From a virus (Duplodnaviria > Caudoviricetes): a stretch of 57,186 bases of DNA. Position 1 is the stretch's first letter, and every line of letters starts with the position of its first letter. The notes beneath the pieces were generated by a model. It had not been told where the DNA came from. It saw only the letters and a list, made by a program, of their open reading frames with translations, and made no database searches. The position numbers and the translations under genes were made by a program. Below, piece after piece: positions 16,675 through 26,842 of this stretch. Where the stretch lies: positions 1 through 57,186 of the IMG/VR virus record IMGVR_UViG_3300012201_000004. One strand, written 5' to 3'.

Positions 16675-17209
16675 TACCCGCAAACCATCCTTACAAAAAA
16701 ACACGAGTAGCCATGTCCGTACCAGCGCCCGCCGCCCTGGTCATCGTCTCACCGAAGAGCAGACGCACGAGGCACAAGAGAAGTTCCTCAAAGCTTTTGC
16801 CTCCAACGGTAATGTACGTGTCGCGTGTACCGCCGCTGGCATTGACCGCTCAACCGTTCACGCCTGGACTGAGCATGACGAACAGTTCTCGATGGAGTAC
16901 AACCTTGCTAAAGAGGATGTCAACGATGCGATCCGTGCTGAGATCTATAGACGCGGCATGTTTGGAGAGGAACGCTTTGTCGTCGCTCAGGGGAGGATTG
17001 TCAACGGGCCTGATGGGAAGCCGCTCACGTACCGGGAGAAGTCGGATACGCTACTCATCTTCCATGCAAAGAGTCGCATGCCTGAGTATCGAGATAAGCA
17101 ACAGGTAGAGCATTCGGGAAGCATTGATGTTTCTGGCGCGGCTGAATCACTCTTTCAGAAGGTGGCGATGGGTATGTCTCAAGAGTCGGAGGCACCCAAA
17201 GATGGGTAG
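16667..17209 (+). CDS. Terminase small subunit
   Basis: GNVRVACTAAGIDRSTVHAW HTH, SDTLLIF..K...PEYRD; directly precedes TerL. Confidence 0.8.
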   Translation: MTDTRKPSLQKNTSSHVRTSARRPGHRLTEEQTHEAQEKFLKAFASNGNVRVACTAAGIDRSTVHAWTEHDEQFSMEYNLAKEDVNDAIRAEIYRRGMFGEERFVVAQGRIVNGPDGKPLTYREKSDTLLIFHAKSRMPEYRDKQQVEHSGSIDVSGAAESLFQKVAMGMSQESEAPKDG

Positions 17210-18665
17210 TGCCGTTTCTCGCGTCCCCATGACCGATGAATACTTCCAGCGATGCCGGTGGTTTGCCCATCAGCCACGCGAGAAGAAACTGGAAATCATC
17301 AAGACGCTCAGCGACGAAGAAGCACTTATTTTCAAATATACGTGGGAAGCATGGGCGCGTGACAAGCAATTGGCACAGATAGAGGCTCCTGGGTATCGTT
17401 GGAGGAACTGGATTCACCTTGCGGGCCGTGGGAATGGGAAGACGCGAACGGGTGCGGAATGGATACGACAGCAGGCAGAGAGTAACAAGATTGAACGTAT
17501 GATCCTCGTTGCTCGCACCGCCGCCGATGTGCGAGATACGATGGTCGAGGGAGAGAGCGGCATCCTTGCCATTAGTCCCCCCTGGTTCGCGCCTAAGTAT
17601 GAGCCATCAAAACGGCGGCTTACGTGGCCTAATGGGAGTATGGCGATCACTTTTAGCGCAGATGAACCTGATGCGCTCCGTGGGCCTCAGTGCGCGAGGG
17701 CATGGGCAGATGAACGCGCATCTTGGCAGTATGACCAGGCGTGGGATAACCTCATGATGGGTATGCGTTTAGGCGAAGATCCTCAGTGTATCGTGACGAC
17801 GACACCGCGCCCGACAAAGGCCATCATTGAACTGAAGAAGGCGAAAACCTCTAAGGTTACGGTAGGCGTGACCTATGAGAATAGAGATAACCTTGCACCG
17901 TCATTTCTCACCGAGATATTACGCAAGTACGAGAATACTCGCCTGGGCAGACAGGAGATCTATGCTGAAATCCTCGAGGATATCGAAGGGGCGCTCTGGA
18001 ACTATGCCATGTTGGAGCGGAACCGCGTGGTCAAAGCTCCTGAATTGGTGCGTGTCGTGGTGGGCGTCGATCCGTCTGTGACCAATAATGAAGACTCTGA
18101 CGAGACGGGTATCATCGTAACGGGCCTGGGTGTTGATGGACATGCCTATGTGTTGGCAGATTACACTATCAAAGGCTCCCCGCTAGAATGGGCAACCGCC
18201 GTTGTGACTGCCTATCACCTGTTCCATGCTGATCGCGTCGTAGCTGAAGTGAACAATGGTGGAGATCTCGTAGAGCAGAATGTGAAGCTTGTTGATGAGA
18301 ATATTTCCTACAAGGCGGTTCATGCTTCACGCGGGAAGATTACCCGTGCTGAGCCGGTTGTGGCAATCTACGAGCAGGGGCGCGCTCACCATGTCGGCAA
18401 CCTGGCAAAGCTGGAAGACGAGCAATGTACATGGCTGCAAGGAATGAAGTCACCTAATAGGCTGGATGCGTGTGTTTGGACAATAAACGAACTAGTGTTG
18501 AATAGCGGTACTATCCCTCTTGTTATTTCTACAGGCGGCACACCCAATCCACTCCCACCATTCAACACGGTAGAAGACGAAGAAGAGAATGCCCGCTTGC
18601 AGGCAGAGCAAGAGCGCCGCGCCAACATCGTCGGGGTGCTACAGAGACTTGGAGGACTGATATGA
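17202..18665 (+). CDS. Terminase large subunit
   Basis: AGRGNGKTR Walker A, LRGPQ, WADE, TTTPRP, VGVDP nuclease domain, SPNRLDA. Confidence 0.95.
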   Translation: MGSAVSRVPMTDEYFQRCRWFAHQPREKKLEIIKTLSDEEALIFKYTWEAWARDKQLAQIEAPGYRWRNWIHLAGRGNGKTRTGAEWIRQQAESNKIERMILVARTAADVRDTMVEGESGILAISPPWFAPKYEPSKRRLTWPNGSMAITFSADEPDALRGPQCARAWADERASWQYDQAWDNLMMGMRLGEDPQCIVTTTPRPTKAIIELKKAKTSKVTVGVTYENRDNLAPSFLTEILRKYENTRLGRQEIYAEILEDIEGALWNYAMLERNRVVKAPELVRVVVGVDPSVTNNEDSDETGIIVTGLGVDGHAYVLADYTIKGSPLEWATAVVTAYHLFHADRVVAEVNNGGDLVEQNVKLVDENISYKAVHASRGKITRAEPVVAIYEQGRAHHVGNLAKLEDEQCTWLQGMKSPNRLDACVWTINELVLNSGTIPLVISTGGTPNPLPPFNTVEDEEENARLQAEQERRANIVGVLQRLGGLI

Positions 18666-18835
18666 GTATGTGGGGACCTCTCCGCTTTTATAGAGAGAGT
18701 CGATCATACATGGCTGGATACTCGATCTGGTATTTCTGGCGTCACTTCCCAAAGGCATTTGTGAGGTTTTATGCGATGAGTGCGCGTGACTTGCTTCGCG
18801 CAAGAAGATCAGTCGAATGGATTGACGAGGAGTAG
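18662..18835 (+). CDS. 57-aa hypothetical protein between TerL and portal
   Basis: SD GGAGG, ATGA overlap with the TerL stop; fills the gap. Confidence 0.45.
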   Translation: MSMWGPLRFYRESRSYMAGYSIWYFWRHFPKAFVRFYAMSARDLLRARRSVEWIDEE

Positions 18836-18838
18836 CCG

Positions 18839-20731
18839 ATGAGCCGACACAAGAAACGCCGTGGGACACTCAAGCCCGTTCCCGTGATGGCACAGGATGC
18901 GTATCGTCAGCTCGTCGAAGCGGTGGAACGCGCGAACGCTACAACGCCCCCAGGCCGCAATGCTGACCTCTCAGAAGCGGGTCGCATCCTCTCAGCCAAT
19001 CCCGCGCTCGTCACGATGCTGCAAGCCGTACAGGACCGTGAGTACGCCCGTCAAGATGCCCTTGCCCGTCTGGATGTGAAGGGCGCTCCCACAGGTGCAT
19101 ACCCACAGGCAGGGATGGCGGGATGGACAGGGACAAAGAACTACCCTCAAGGCGTCCCGAATGCTCGCCTCTTGCGTGATTGGGCGGATACGAATGAATG
19201 GACACGCGCCGCGATCAATGCCCGCCGTCAACAGGTTGAACGCGCTGACATCGCGGTCCTGCCCAACGATGAGAGCAAGCCCTATAACAAGCCGGTCATG
19301 AAGGCCATTCAGCAGCTCCTCGACCAGCCCAACGAACTACGCGATAGTTGGCGCTCGCTCATCGGGCCGGTCCTAGAGGATGTTCTGGTGTTAGATCGGG
19401 GCGTCATCTCGAAGAACATGACCGCCTCGCGTAAGCCGACCGCACTCTACTATGAGGACGGGAGTACGATCAAGATTTACCCTGAATGGTCAGGCAACCC
19501 AAAGGAGCCGCGCTATCTGTATGAGGAGCCAGGAAGCAACAACAAGAAACCGTTGCTCAATGATGAACTTATGGTCATCATGGCGAACAGCGCGTCCTAC
19601 CGCTACGGTCTCTCACCCGTGCAGGTGCTTCGTCAAACGATCGTTGCCGACCTTGAGGCCATGCGGAGCGGAGCCGACCTCGTAGCGAACAAGCCGCCTC
19701 CCCATGCTCTACAGATGACCGGTGCCAGCGATACGCAGATACGCGGCTTTATCAATGCGTATGACAACGAGATTGCCGGGCGGAAGCAACTCTTTGCCTT
19801 TGGCGGTCCCCAGGAGGCACACCTCTTCAAACTGGTGTATTCCGCGAAAGATAACCAGTGGATGGAGTGGCAAGAGTACCTTGCGCGTAAGATCTGCGCC
19901 ATATTCCAGATTAGCCCGCAACAAATCGGGTTGACCTTCGATATTAACAAGGCGACGGCTGGCACGCAACAGCAGATCTTTGAGGATACGGGACTGATCC
20001 CCTTGCTGCTGTTGTTGGAGGAGTACCTGAACCGTGAACTGCTTGCTGACTTTGCACCCAAGCAATCAGGAGACCGCTTCAACCTGGATGCGCTCAACTT
20101 GCGCATCGTGTTTCCAGAGGTGTCAGAGGCAGCAAGGCAGGTACACCTTGAACGCATGTTGTCGATGGCAGAGACGGGGCTAGCAGGACTGCCATCACAG
20201 ACGCCCAATCAGGTATTAATGGCGATGGGGCAGGAGCCTATCCCTGGTGGCAATACTTTATGGGTCATGACGACAAATGGCCCGATGCCCTGGTTGTCAT
20301 ATGACAACGAGTATGGGGACTATCAACCACCGATCACGGGCGGTCAACTTGGCGCTCAAGATGTGGCTGGCGGGCCTTCGGATAGCTCTGACGATGACTT
20401 AGGACTCAATGAGGATACGTCCTCATCGGAGAGTGATAGTAACGCGGCTGAGGCGGCTCAGAGTGCTTCTAGCGGCGGTTCACCCAATGGCGATGCTCAA
20501 TCATCTGAGAAACGCATGGTGTACCGTGATGTACGCCGTCCTGGGGTCAAGTGGAGTCCTACACTCCTCACATTAGCGCATGGCCGCCCGATGCCTGAGC
20601 GTCTTGCTCGTCCACATCGCACAGCGGAAGAGGAGCAAGCACAGCGGGTGTTAGAGCAGGCTGTGAAACGGGTGTTCGATGGTGCTGCGACACGTGGGAC
20701 GTCGGCATTGAAGGAGAGAGGAAAGTCATGA
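18839..20731 (+). CDS. Portal protein (HK97-like) with acidic C-terminal extension
   Basis: LLDQPN, YGLSPV, ARKICAIFQISPQQIG, TPNQV..GQEPIPGG. Confidence 0.9.
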   Translation: MSRHKKRRGTLKPVPVMAQDAYRQLVEAVERANATTPPGRNADLSEAGRILSANPALVTMLQAVQDREYARQDALARLDVKGAPTGAYPQAGMAGWTGTKNYPQGVPNARLLRDWADTNEWTRAAINARRQQVERADIAVLPNDESKPYNKPVMKAIQQLLDQPNELRDSWRSLIGPVLEDVLVLDRGVISKNMTASRKPTALYYEDGSTIKIYPEWSGNPKEPRYLYEEPGSNNKKPLLNDELMVIMANSASYRYGLSPVQVLRQTIVADLEAMRSGADLVANKPPPHALQMTGASDTQIRGFINAYDNEIAGRKQLFAFGGPQEAHLFKLVYSAKDNQWMEWQEYLARKICAIFQISPQQIGLTFDINKATAGTQQQIFEDTGLIPLLLLLEEYLNRELLADFAPKQSGDRFNLDALNLRIVFPEVSEAARQVHLERMLSMAETGLAGLPSQTPNQVLMAMGQEPIPGGNTLWVMTTNGPMPWLSYDNEYGDYQPPITGGQLGAQDVAGGPSDSSDDDLGLNEDTSSSESDSNAAEAAQSASSGGSPNGDAQSSEKRMVYRDVRRPGVKWSPTLLTLAHGRPMPERLARPHRTAEEEQAQRVLEQAVKRVFDGAATRGTSALKERGKS

Positions 20732-20935
20732 ACTGGACAATGCGCCACACCTCAAGCGTTACGTTGACTCGATGCCTGGTGCGCTCATGGCAATGCACGG
20801 ACGAGAGCAAGAAGGAGCAATCATTATGATGACGCTCATTGACCTGATAGCCGATTATGCCGTGTTGCATCTCACCGCAGAGTATCGGTACGAGTTGGCA
20901 GAGTTTGTCGAGGCGTATTTGGAGGAGATGACATC

Positions 20936-21313
20936 ATGCTCTTGATGCTCATTCCTGATCTGGCAACAAAACTACTGCTTTGGGGAATAGTCATTCATTT
21001 AGTGCTTGATTGGTTAGGGCAAAATGATTGGATGGCCCGCTACAAATCATCTTTGCTCCATCCCGCATCCTGGGTACATAGTGGCATACACTTTATCGGC
21101 TTGCTGCTCATCTTTCCCGTGTGGATGGCGGCTCTTGTTGCGATTGTTCACCTACTCGTAGATACCCGCGTACCGCTCCAATGGTGGCGCAAGTTCTACA
21201 GGCAGACACAGCAGGGAGAGGTAGCATTGCACGTGGCGCTATGGAGCGATCAAACCTTGCATATAGTTGTGATAGCCATTGCTGCATTAGTTATCGGGAG
21301 GATTGGGTTATGA
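20936..21313 (+). CDS. DUF3307-like membrane protein
   Basis: HLVLDWLGQNDWMA..K, H..IH, HLLVD, DQTLH. Confidence 0.75.
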   Translation: MLLMLIPDLATKLLLWGIVIHLVLDWLGQNDWMARYKSSLLHPASWVHSGIHFIGLLLIFPVWMAALVAIVHLLVDTRVPLQWWRKFYRQTQQGEVALHVALWSDQTLHIVVIAIAALVIGRIGL

Positions 21314-21639
21314 GCGAAGAGAGCAACCTATGTAAGCAATGTGGCAAGTTGCTCCATTTTGATTACATTGTGACCTTTGAGCAAGGGAGGCCGCATACCA
21401 TACGGATGGAACCTCATGTGCCTCAACATCAGTTTTGTCCTGGGCATCCTACTAGCGCGGGTACCGGCGATTGGGATCGGCTCAACAACGAGCAGCAGGG
21501 TGCGATAGATCGGGAGCGCAGTGATATGAGAGACTATTTCATTGCAATTACTGAATTATTCTATAAGACACATCCTGAGTTACGGCTCATCTGGCAATTC
21601 ACTCTCGACGCCGTACTGAGAGAGGAGCAAGCGAAGTGA
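21310..21639 (+). CDS. Hypothetical Cys/His protein
   Basis: CKQCG..CPGH; coupled start. Confidence 0.55.
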   Translation: MSEESNLCKQCGKLLHFDYIVTFEQGRPHTIRMEPHVPQHQFCPGHPTSAGTGDWDRLNNEQQGAIDRERSDMRDYFIAITELFYKTHPELRLIWQFTLDAVLREEQAK

Positions 21640-21721
21640 ACGGACTCATCATCGGGCTACCTTTCGCCTTTGCACTGCTTTTCCGATGGTGGCGGCGCAT
21701 ATTGGAGGCAAGCGACTAATC

Positions 21722-21970
21722 ATGTCATATGAAGAGAACAACATTTGTGAAGTAAAGAAGCACAACGGCGACCTAGGCCATAACGCGATGGTCAGCTTTG
21801 ACGAGTGCCGCTATTCCACATCAGACGGGGACACCTTCTACTTCGAAGAAGTGCTGATTAGTGATCAGATGCGTCACATCTTCCTCACCCCAAAAGAGGC
21901 GCTCTCACTGCTTGATTGGCTCCTACAGGAGAAACCCAAATTACAGCGATTGGTAGAAGAGCAGAGATGA
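21722..21970 (+). CDS. Hypothetical protein
   Basis: SD GGAGG; IFLTPKEALSLLDWL. Confidence 0.6.
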   Translation: MSYEENNICEVKKHNGDLGHNAMVSFDECRYSTSDGDTFYFEEVLISDQMRHIFLTPKEALSLLDWLLQEKPKLQRLVEEQR

Positions 21971-22020
21971 TAGATGACACTGAGAAGAAGCGAACTTAGA
22001 GAAACTGGCAAAGGAGCAAA

Positions 22021-22272
22021 GTGATGGTATCTGATTTATTCAAAGAGATGGAGGACAAGATAGGGAACCAACTTCTCCTCCAGAATGATCTGATCCAGGA
22101 GATTACAGACAGGTTAGGCAAGGACAAAACGGTTATTGAGCGGGCTGTGTATGGGGCATGCGTGGCAACCGGAGCACGTGTCATGGAGGTGACTGTTCTC
22201 GTGCATGAGTTCCTCGCAGCACTCGAAGAGACGGAACTATCAGAAGAGACAAAGGAGCAAGGCAATGACTGA
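22021..22272 (+). CDS. Hypothetical protein
   Basis: SD AAGGAG. Confidence 0.55.
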   Translation: MMVSDLFKEMEDKIGNQLLLQNDLIQEITDRLGKDKTVIERAVYGACVATGARVMEVTVLVHEFLAALEETELSEETKEQGND

Positions 22273-22597
22273 CAAACTCCCACGTTTTCGCTACAGCACG
22301 AATGATACGCATGACGAACAGATACATGCACTCATGATGCAAGTACCCGCCTATGCTGCATTACAAGAGCAACCTACGCCCAAATACGGCATGTTCCATT
22401 TGACGTTCAATAATAGCAAGCGGCGGGTAAAAGGGTATGAGTCCCATGAATGCATGGGCGTGCTCTATCCAGAGGGCAATGTACACATCAACACACGAGC
22501 CTTCCATCTCAGGGAGTTTGAGAGTCTGTCAGAGATGCGCGATATGTTGGAAGAATGGGGAGATGTCTGGATACGGTTTGAGGGAGGAGCGTCTTGA
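22265..22597 (+). CDS. Hypothetical protein
   Basis: SD AAGGAG, overlapping start. Confidence 0.6.
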   Translation: MTDKLPRFRYSTNDTHDEQIHALMMQVPAYAALQEQPTPKYGMFHLTFNNSKRRVKGYESHECMGVLYPEGNVHINTRAFHLREFESLSEMRDMLEEWGDVWIRFEGGAS

Positions 22598-22887
22598 GTA
22601 GCAAGCAGTTTGAATATATCTACCATCCTGGTGGAACACGTTCACTACGAGAAAGGGAATATTCCATGTCATCCTATTGGCCTTATACTCTACAACCAAG
22701 TTCTGTCGCAACCCACTATTACTCCCCATCACTGACCGAACATCAAGTACGTCAGATCGTTGCAGAGGAACTACAGAAGGCGCTCCATCCTGAAGAGAGC
22801 CGCCCATCAGCTACTGTCGAGTACGTGATAGAAGGGAAGCGATATAAGGGGACGGTCTATCTTGTAGAGGATGAGGAAGAGGAATGA
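22594..22887 (+). CDS. Hypothetical protein
   Basis: SD GGAGG, TTG start. Confidence 0.5.
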   Translation: MSSKQFEYIYHPGGTRSLREREYSMSSYWPYTLQPSSVATHYYSPSLTEHQVRQIVAEELQKALHPEESRPSATVEYVIEGKRYKGTVYLVEDEEEE

Positions 22888-23243
22888 ACTACTACGATGC
22901 GAGAGAGACGAGAGACGCACAGGGCAATCCTAGCGGTCTCTTTCACTATACCGCACAAAACGATGGGCGCATTTTCCCCGTTGGTTATTGCGCTCAGGGA
23001 TGCGCTGGACATGCGACACCTGAAGAAGCGCGAGAACACTACCGGCTCTATCTCCTCGATACTGCGAGATATGACGGCATGTTACAAGGTGAGCAACGTC
23101 AGTGTGAGATATGCGGTCTTTGGGTTCAGACGTATGCTCACATTCCGCTCGCTATGGAAGCACATTTCTTATGTGATGAACACTTGAATCGCGAGACACT
23201 GGATACCGTGATGTACCGCGTCGGACAGATCATTTCATCATAG
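22884..23243 (+). CDS. Zn-binding hypothetical phage protein
   Basis: GYCAQGCAGHATPEEA..H, CEICG, LCDEH. Confidence 0.65.
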   Translation: MNYYDARETRDAQGNPSGLFHYTAQNDGRIFPVGYCAQGCAGHATPEEAREHYRLYLLDTARYDGMLQGEQRQCEICGLWVQTYAHIPLAMEAHFLCDEHLNRETLDTVMYRVGQIISS

Positions 23244-23255
23244 GGAGGGCTAGAG

Positions 23256-23465
23256 ATGCTGGAAGAATTGAAGCGCATCGAAACGATGATGCAAAAGTGC
23301 ATCACTGCACAGGACGACAAGCAAGGGCATATCGAGGGCGATCACCTCATGGGCGATCTCGCGCTTGCCCTCTCAGAACGCCTCTACGACGATGAGCGGG
23401 CGTATGTTGAGCGTATTTGCGAGGCGTATATAGCCGCTACGGAAGAAAGGTGGTGGTATGCATGA
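23256..23465 (+). CDS. Small phage protein (H..D..WWYA C-terminus)
   Basis: SD GGAGG. Confidence 0.6.
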   Translation: MLEELKRIETMMQKCITAQDDKQGHIEGDHLMGDLALALSERLYDDERAYVERICEAYIAATEERWWYA

Positions 23466-23668
23466 GCGAAGAAGAAGTACGTATCCTCCTGAGCATCCTA
23501 CACGATCTCTTCCCGCAGAAGGTCATGCGCGTCGTGACCACGCTCATACAGGAGGATGTGAACGGGCTGTGCAAGCAGCTTGACCGTGCGACACCACTGC
23601 TCAAGGCAATGCTGCACGATCGCATAGGCCAACCCATACTCGTGAAAATTGGGAGGAAGGAGCAATAA
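23462..23668 (+). CDS. Hypothetical protein
   Basis: ATGA overlap. Confidence 0.5.
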   Translation: MSEEEVRILLSILHDLFPQKVMRVVTTLIQEDVNGLCKQLDRATPLLKAMLHDRIGQPILVKIGRKEQ

Positions 23669-23676
23669 ACACTACT

Positions 23677-23982
23677 ATGTCTGACACATTTCTCTTCCAT
23701 CCTCGTAGCCGCGCCGACGTGCTAGAAGAGGATGCCTGTCTCACGTACATCTGTTCTCGCTGTGGGCGTATCATGAACAAGATCGTCCCTTCCCTATCCG
23801 TACAAGAGCAGCAGGCGTTCTCTCGCTCTGTACGGGAGTGTCGCTGTGATCTGCCTAAGAGCGGTATGGACCCGCACGCGCTCCTGACAGAACTGTATCA
23901 ATCCATGCAAACCTGCTATACCCACGAGGAGGATCTACGGCTCGTACAGCGGCTGGTGTCACAATTGGAGATGGCATCGTGA
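23677..23982 (+). CDS. Cys-containing hypothetical protein
   Basis: CSRCG..CRC. Confidence 0.5.
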   Translation: MSDTFLFHPRSRADVLEEDACLTYICSRCGRIMNKIVPSLSVQEQQAFSRSVRECRCDLPKSGMDPHALLTELYQSMQTCYTHEEDLRLVQRLVSQLEMAS

Positions 23983-24521
23983 CAAGATACTACATCGACG
24001 AGGAATTTGCTGAAGATGGCAAGACGATAGCTCTCATTTCCATCGGGATTATCTCTGAGGATGGCAGGGAGTTATATCTACAGTCGGTAGACTTCGATGA
24101 ATATAAAGTAAACCCGTGGGTACAAGAACATGTCCTGCCTCATCTTCTGCTCTGTCCTTGTTGTGGACACAAGTGTAATCATGAAGATGTTGGGAAGTGT
24201 CGGTCTAAGCTCTGCATGTGGCGTACAGATGAGCAGATCAAGCAAGAAGTAACAGCATTCATGGACCCTGAAAAGTACGGCAAACCTCAGTTCATTGGGT
24301 GGTGCTGTTCCTACGATCATGTCGCGCTCTGCCAACTCTTTGGCCCGATGGTGAATATTCCAGCGGGTTGGCCCTATCACATCCATGATATTCAATGTGT
24401 GTTAGAAGATCGAAAGATACCTGACGATCAACTTCCACAGCAGGAGGGGCAGGTTCACAACGCCCTCCAAGACGCACGCCAGATCAAGAAGATATGGGAG
24501 ATGCTGTATCATGCCAAGTGA
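23979..24521 (+). CDS. DEDD 3'-5' exoribonuclease (RNase AS/Rv2179c-like)
   Basis: YIDEEFAEDG..LISIGI, WV..HVLP, YDHVALCQLFG, HNALQDAR. Confidence 0.85.
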   Translation: MTRYYIDEEFAEDGKTIALISIGIISEDGRELYLQSVDFDEYKVNPWVQEHVLPHLLLCPCCGHKCNHEDVGKCRSKLCMWRTDEQIKQEVTAFMDPEKYGKPQFIGWCCSYDHVALCQLFGPMVNIPAGWPYHIHDIQCVLEDRKIPDDQLPQQEGQVHNALQDARQIKKIWEMLYHAK

Positions 24522-24978
24522 GTACATAAAAGATCTCGTAGACCACAAGCGGCGTGTCGCGCGCCACATGCAGACCGTTGCGAATGACCTTTTCCATCGA
24601 GCCGCAGTACACGATAACTCGAAGTTCTCTCCTGAAGAGTACGAAGCCTATGAAGAGGCGTTCCCCAACCTGCAAAAGTACGCCTATGGCTCTGAGGAAC
24701 TGCGTGCTGAGTTGCGCAAGATCAAGCCTGCCATACAGCATCATTTCCAGCACAATCGGCACCACCCTGAATATCATGAGCACGGTATAGATGATATGAA
24801 CCTGCTAGACCTACTAGAGATGGTCTGTGATTGGCTGGCAGCCTCAGAGCGGAGCCAGACCGACATGAGGAAGGGGCTTGAGATCAACAGAGAACGTTTT
24901 CACATTGATGACCAACTCTATGGGATTATCAAGCGCACCATTGACGTGCTTCTCAAGGACAAAGAGGAGGGGTTATGA
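24511..24978 (+). CDS. DUF5662-like HD-fold protein
   Basis: H...V, HDNSK, HHFQHNRHHPEY, LLEMVCDW. Confidence 0.8.
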   Translation: MPSEYIKDLVDHKRRVARHMQTVANDLFHRAAVHDNSKFSPEEYEAYEEAFPNLQKYAYGSEELRAELRKIKPAIQHHFQHNRHHPEYHEHGIDDMNLLDLLEMVCDWLAASERSQTDMRKGLEINRERFHIDDQLYGIIKRTIDVLLKDKEEGL

Positions 24979-25214
24979 AAACGATAGAGCAGCGTATAGA
25001 GGATCTACAAAAGCTCACAGAAGTGCAGTGTGACAATGGGAATTGGAACTATGCTCCGTATATGATGGGACTGGCTAACGGGCTTATCCTAGCACTTCAC
25101 ATGATAAGAGACGACGAAGGAGAGCCGCCATTCAAAAGCCAACCCGATGAGTGGCTATGTGATCGTGATGCCCCCTCTATCGAGCCAGACCCATGCGACG
25201 CAACGGCGCAGTGA
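24975..25214 (+). CDS. Hypothetical phage protein
   Basis: VQCDNGNWNYAPYMMGLANGLILA. Confidence 0.65.
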   Translation: MKTIEQRIEDLQKLTEVQCDNGNWNYAPYMMGLANGLILALHMIRDDEGEPPFKSQPDEWLCDRDAPSIEPDPCDATAQ

Positions 25215-25317
25215 GATGGACCTACATCACGGTTGCCGCGCTCATGCTCACCCTGATCGTGATGCTCATCCTTGCCTACTGGTTGCCCGTGATCGTAGCG
25301 TTGGAGCAGCATAAACG

Positions 25318-25539
25318 TTGACGAAGATAGAGACGATCGTTGAGATGATGCGCCAGGGCCACGCCGTCGAGTTCTGTCCTGATCGACGCTCTACCGTCAT
25401 GGGCAATAAGGAGGTTATTCTCGAAATCGCCTCTAGTGGCATTCTGGCCTATTGCAAGATCTGTAAGGAAACACACCTGGTCAGTAGACAGCATATCCTA
25501 GACATATGGGCGGATATGGATAAGACGAGGCGCGCATAG
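25318..25539 (+). CDS. Zn-ribbon protein (Mu Com-like)
   Basis: FCP...ILEI...AYCKICKETH; precedes promoter and hairpin of the head operon. Confidence 0.5.
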   Translation: MTKIETIVEMMRQGHAVEFCPDRRSTVMGNKEVILEIASSGILAYCKICKETHLVSRQHILDIWADMDKTRRA

Positions 25540-25566
25540 CACCTGCATTGTGCTCTCGCTTCCCTT

Positions 25567-25632
25567 CATGCTATACTAGCCTCAAGAACGAAACGCCTGC
25601 GAGCTGGTGCCTATGCATCGGCTCGTTTTTTT
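25567..25632 (+). promoter_or_regulatory. Extended -10 promoter followed by terminator-like hairpin
   Basis: CATGCTATACT then CGAGCTGGTGC-CTAT-GCATCGGCTCG-TTTTTTT. Confidence 0.6.
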
Positions 25633-25653
25633 GTGCCCAAATGGGGGTCGCTT

Positions 25654-25875
25654 ATGATCGTCAAATCGCCAATCTGCCCAACATGCGGCAAATATACATC
25701 CTATACCCGCCGTGTACTCATTCAGAAGGCGAGCAGCACGACAGACAACCTACCCGCGCCGCCACATAACCAGTTGTGCCAGTGTGGCCTCCGTCGTGGG
25801 ATGCTCAAGCGCGCGGTCGTGAACAATAGAACATTTGGCACACTACATGGTGTGGATGAATACAGAGTCGAATAG
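25654..25875 (+). CDS. Small Zn-ribbon protein
   Basis: CPTCG..CQC. Confidence 0.45.
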   Translation: MIVKSPICPTCGKYTSYTRRVLIQKASSTTDNLPAPPHNQLCQCGLRRGMLKRAVVNNRTFGTLHGVDEYRVE

Positions 25876-25877
25876 GC

Positions 25878-26522
25878 ATGACCGACCTGCTTGATTACAT
25901 CTTACAAGTATTCGGCCTATCTGTCAGTGACCTTGCTGCTCTTGCCGCTTCCATCCGTGATGCATTGCTCGCTGCTGTACGGGGTGCATATAGACGGTGG
26001 AACAAGCTGACGGGTGCGTCGTCACAGGATTGGATGCCACTACCAGCACAGGTCAAGCAGATTGAGATGCAGGCACAGGAACACGCGGGAATGATAGCGC
26101 AGACGTACGAGCGTGAACTCTCAAACGCTGCCAGTACCTACATCGACGCATGGCGCTCTGCCAACGAAACACTAGACGGCATTGAAGAGCCGCTTATGTC
26201 GATGCTCAGTGAGTGGACAGCGGCGCGCACCCGCTACAAGTCAGTCCAGATCGCGGGATATGAGACGGGAACGGGTGCGGACCTGGGGACAACACAATTT
26301 GTACAGGATCTCATGAATGGTGATCTCATCGATGCGGATACGGGCGAGGTGATCGACTCCGAGCAGTACGAGATAGGCGTGGTACCGTCTGAGAGTAGTG
26401 GGGATATATGCAGTGCCTACGCAGGACAGGTATTTTCAATGGAAGAAGCTGATGAGATCCCCGAATTCCCCATGCACGGGAACTGCATACATGAAAAAAT
26501 ACTTATTGCAGCAGGAGAATGA
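25878..26522 (+). CDS. Head morphogenesis protein (MuF/SPP1 gp7-like)
   Basis: IAGYET, C...AGQVF, FPMHGNCIH. Confidence 0.7.
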   Translation: MTDLLDYILQVFGLSVSDLAALAASIRDALLAAVRGAYRRWNKLTGASSQDWMPLPAQVKQIEMQAQEHAGMIAQTYERELSNAASTYIDAWRSANETLDGIEEPLMSMLSEWTAARTRYKSVQIAGYETGTGADLGTTQFVQDLMNGDLIDADTGEVIDSEQYEIGVVPSESSGDICSAYAGQVFSMEEADEIPEFPMHGNCIHEKILIAAGE

Positions 26523-26527
26523 AATAG

Positions 26528-26842
26528 ATGGTAGAGACTCAAACAAAGGGGCGTGGTTGGTTCCGTGTTTCTTGGAAGGTCATACCCTTCCTACTGGAAA
26601 AGGGATTGCTTCTGCCTCCTGACTATCAAGTTGTAGAGGTTAGCGATTCTCTTCCCCGTATTGGGGAGGACAGTATCACGATTGTAGTAGAGAGTGAGCA
26701 TATTCCTGCCGTTGGTGATGATGAAGCATTGCCTGAAATCGTGCCTATCTACGCACGCGAGGACGATCAGGTGTTTCTCGATCGCATAGAACTCACAGAT
26801 GGAACAGTACTCTACAAACGGGAGGTGGTAGGCAATGGGTGA
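26528..26842 (+). CDS. Hypothetical protein
   Basis: SD AGGAG; V..GEALPEI motif. Confidence 0.6.
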   Translation: MVETQTKGRGWFRVSWKVIPFLLEKGLLLPPDYQVVEVSDSLPRIGEDSITIVVESEHIPAVGDDEALPEIVPIYAREDDQVFLDRIELTDGTVLYKREVVGNG

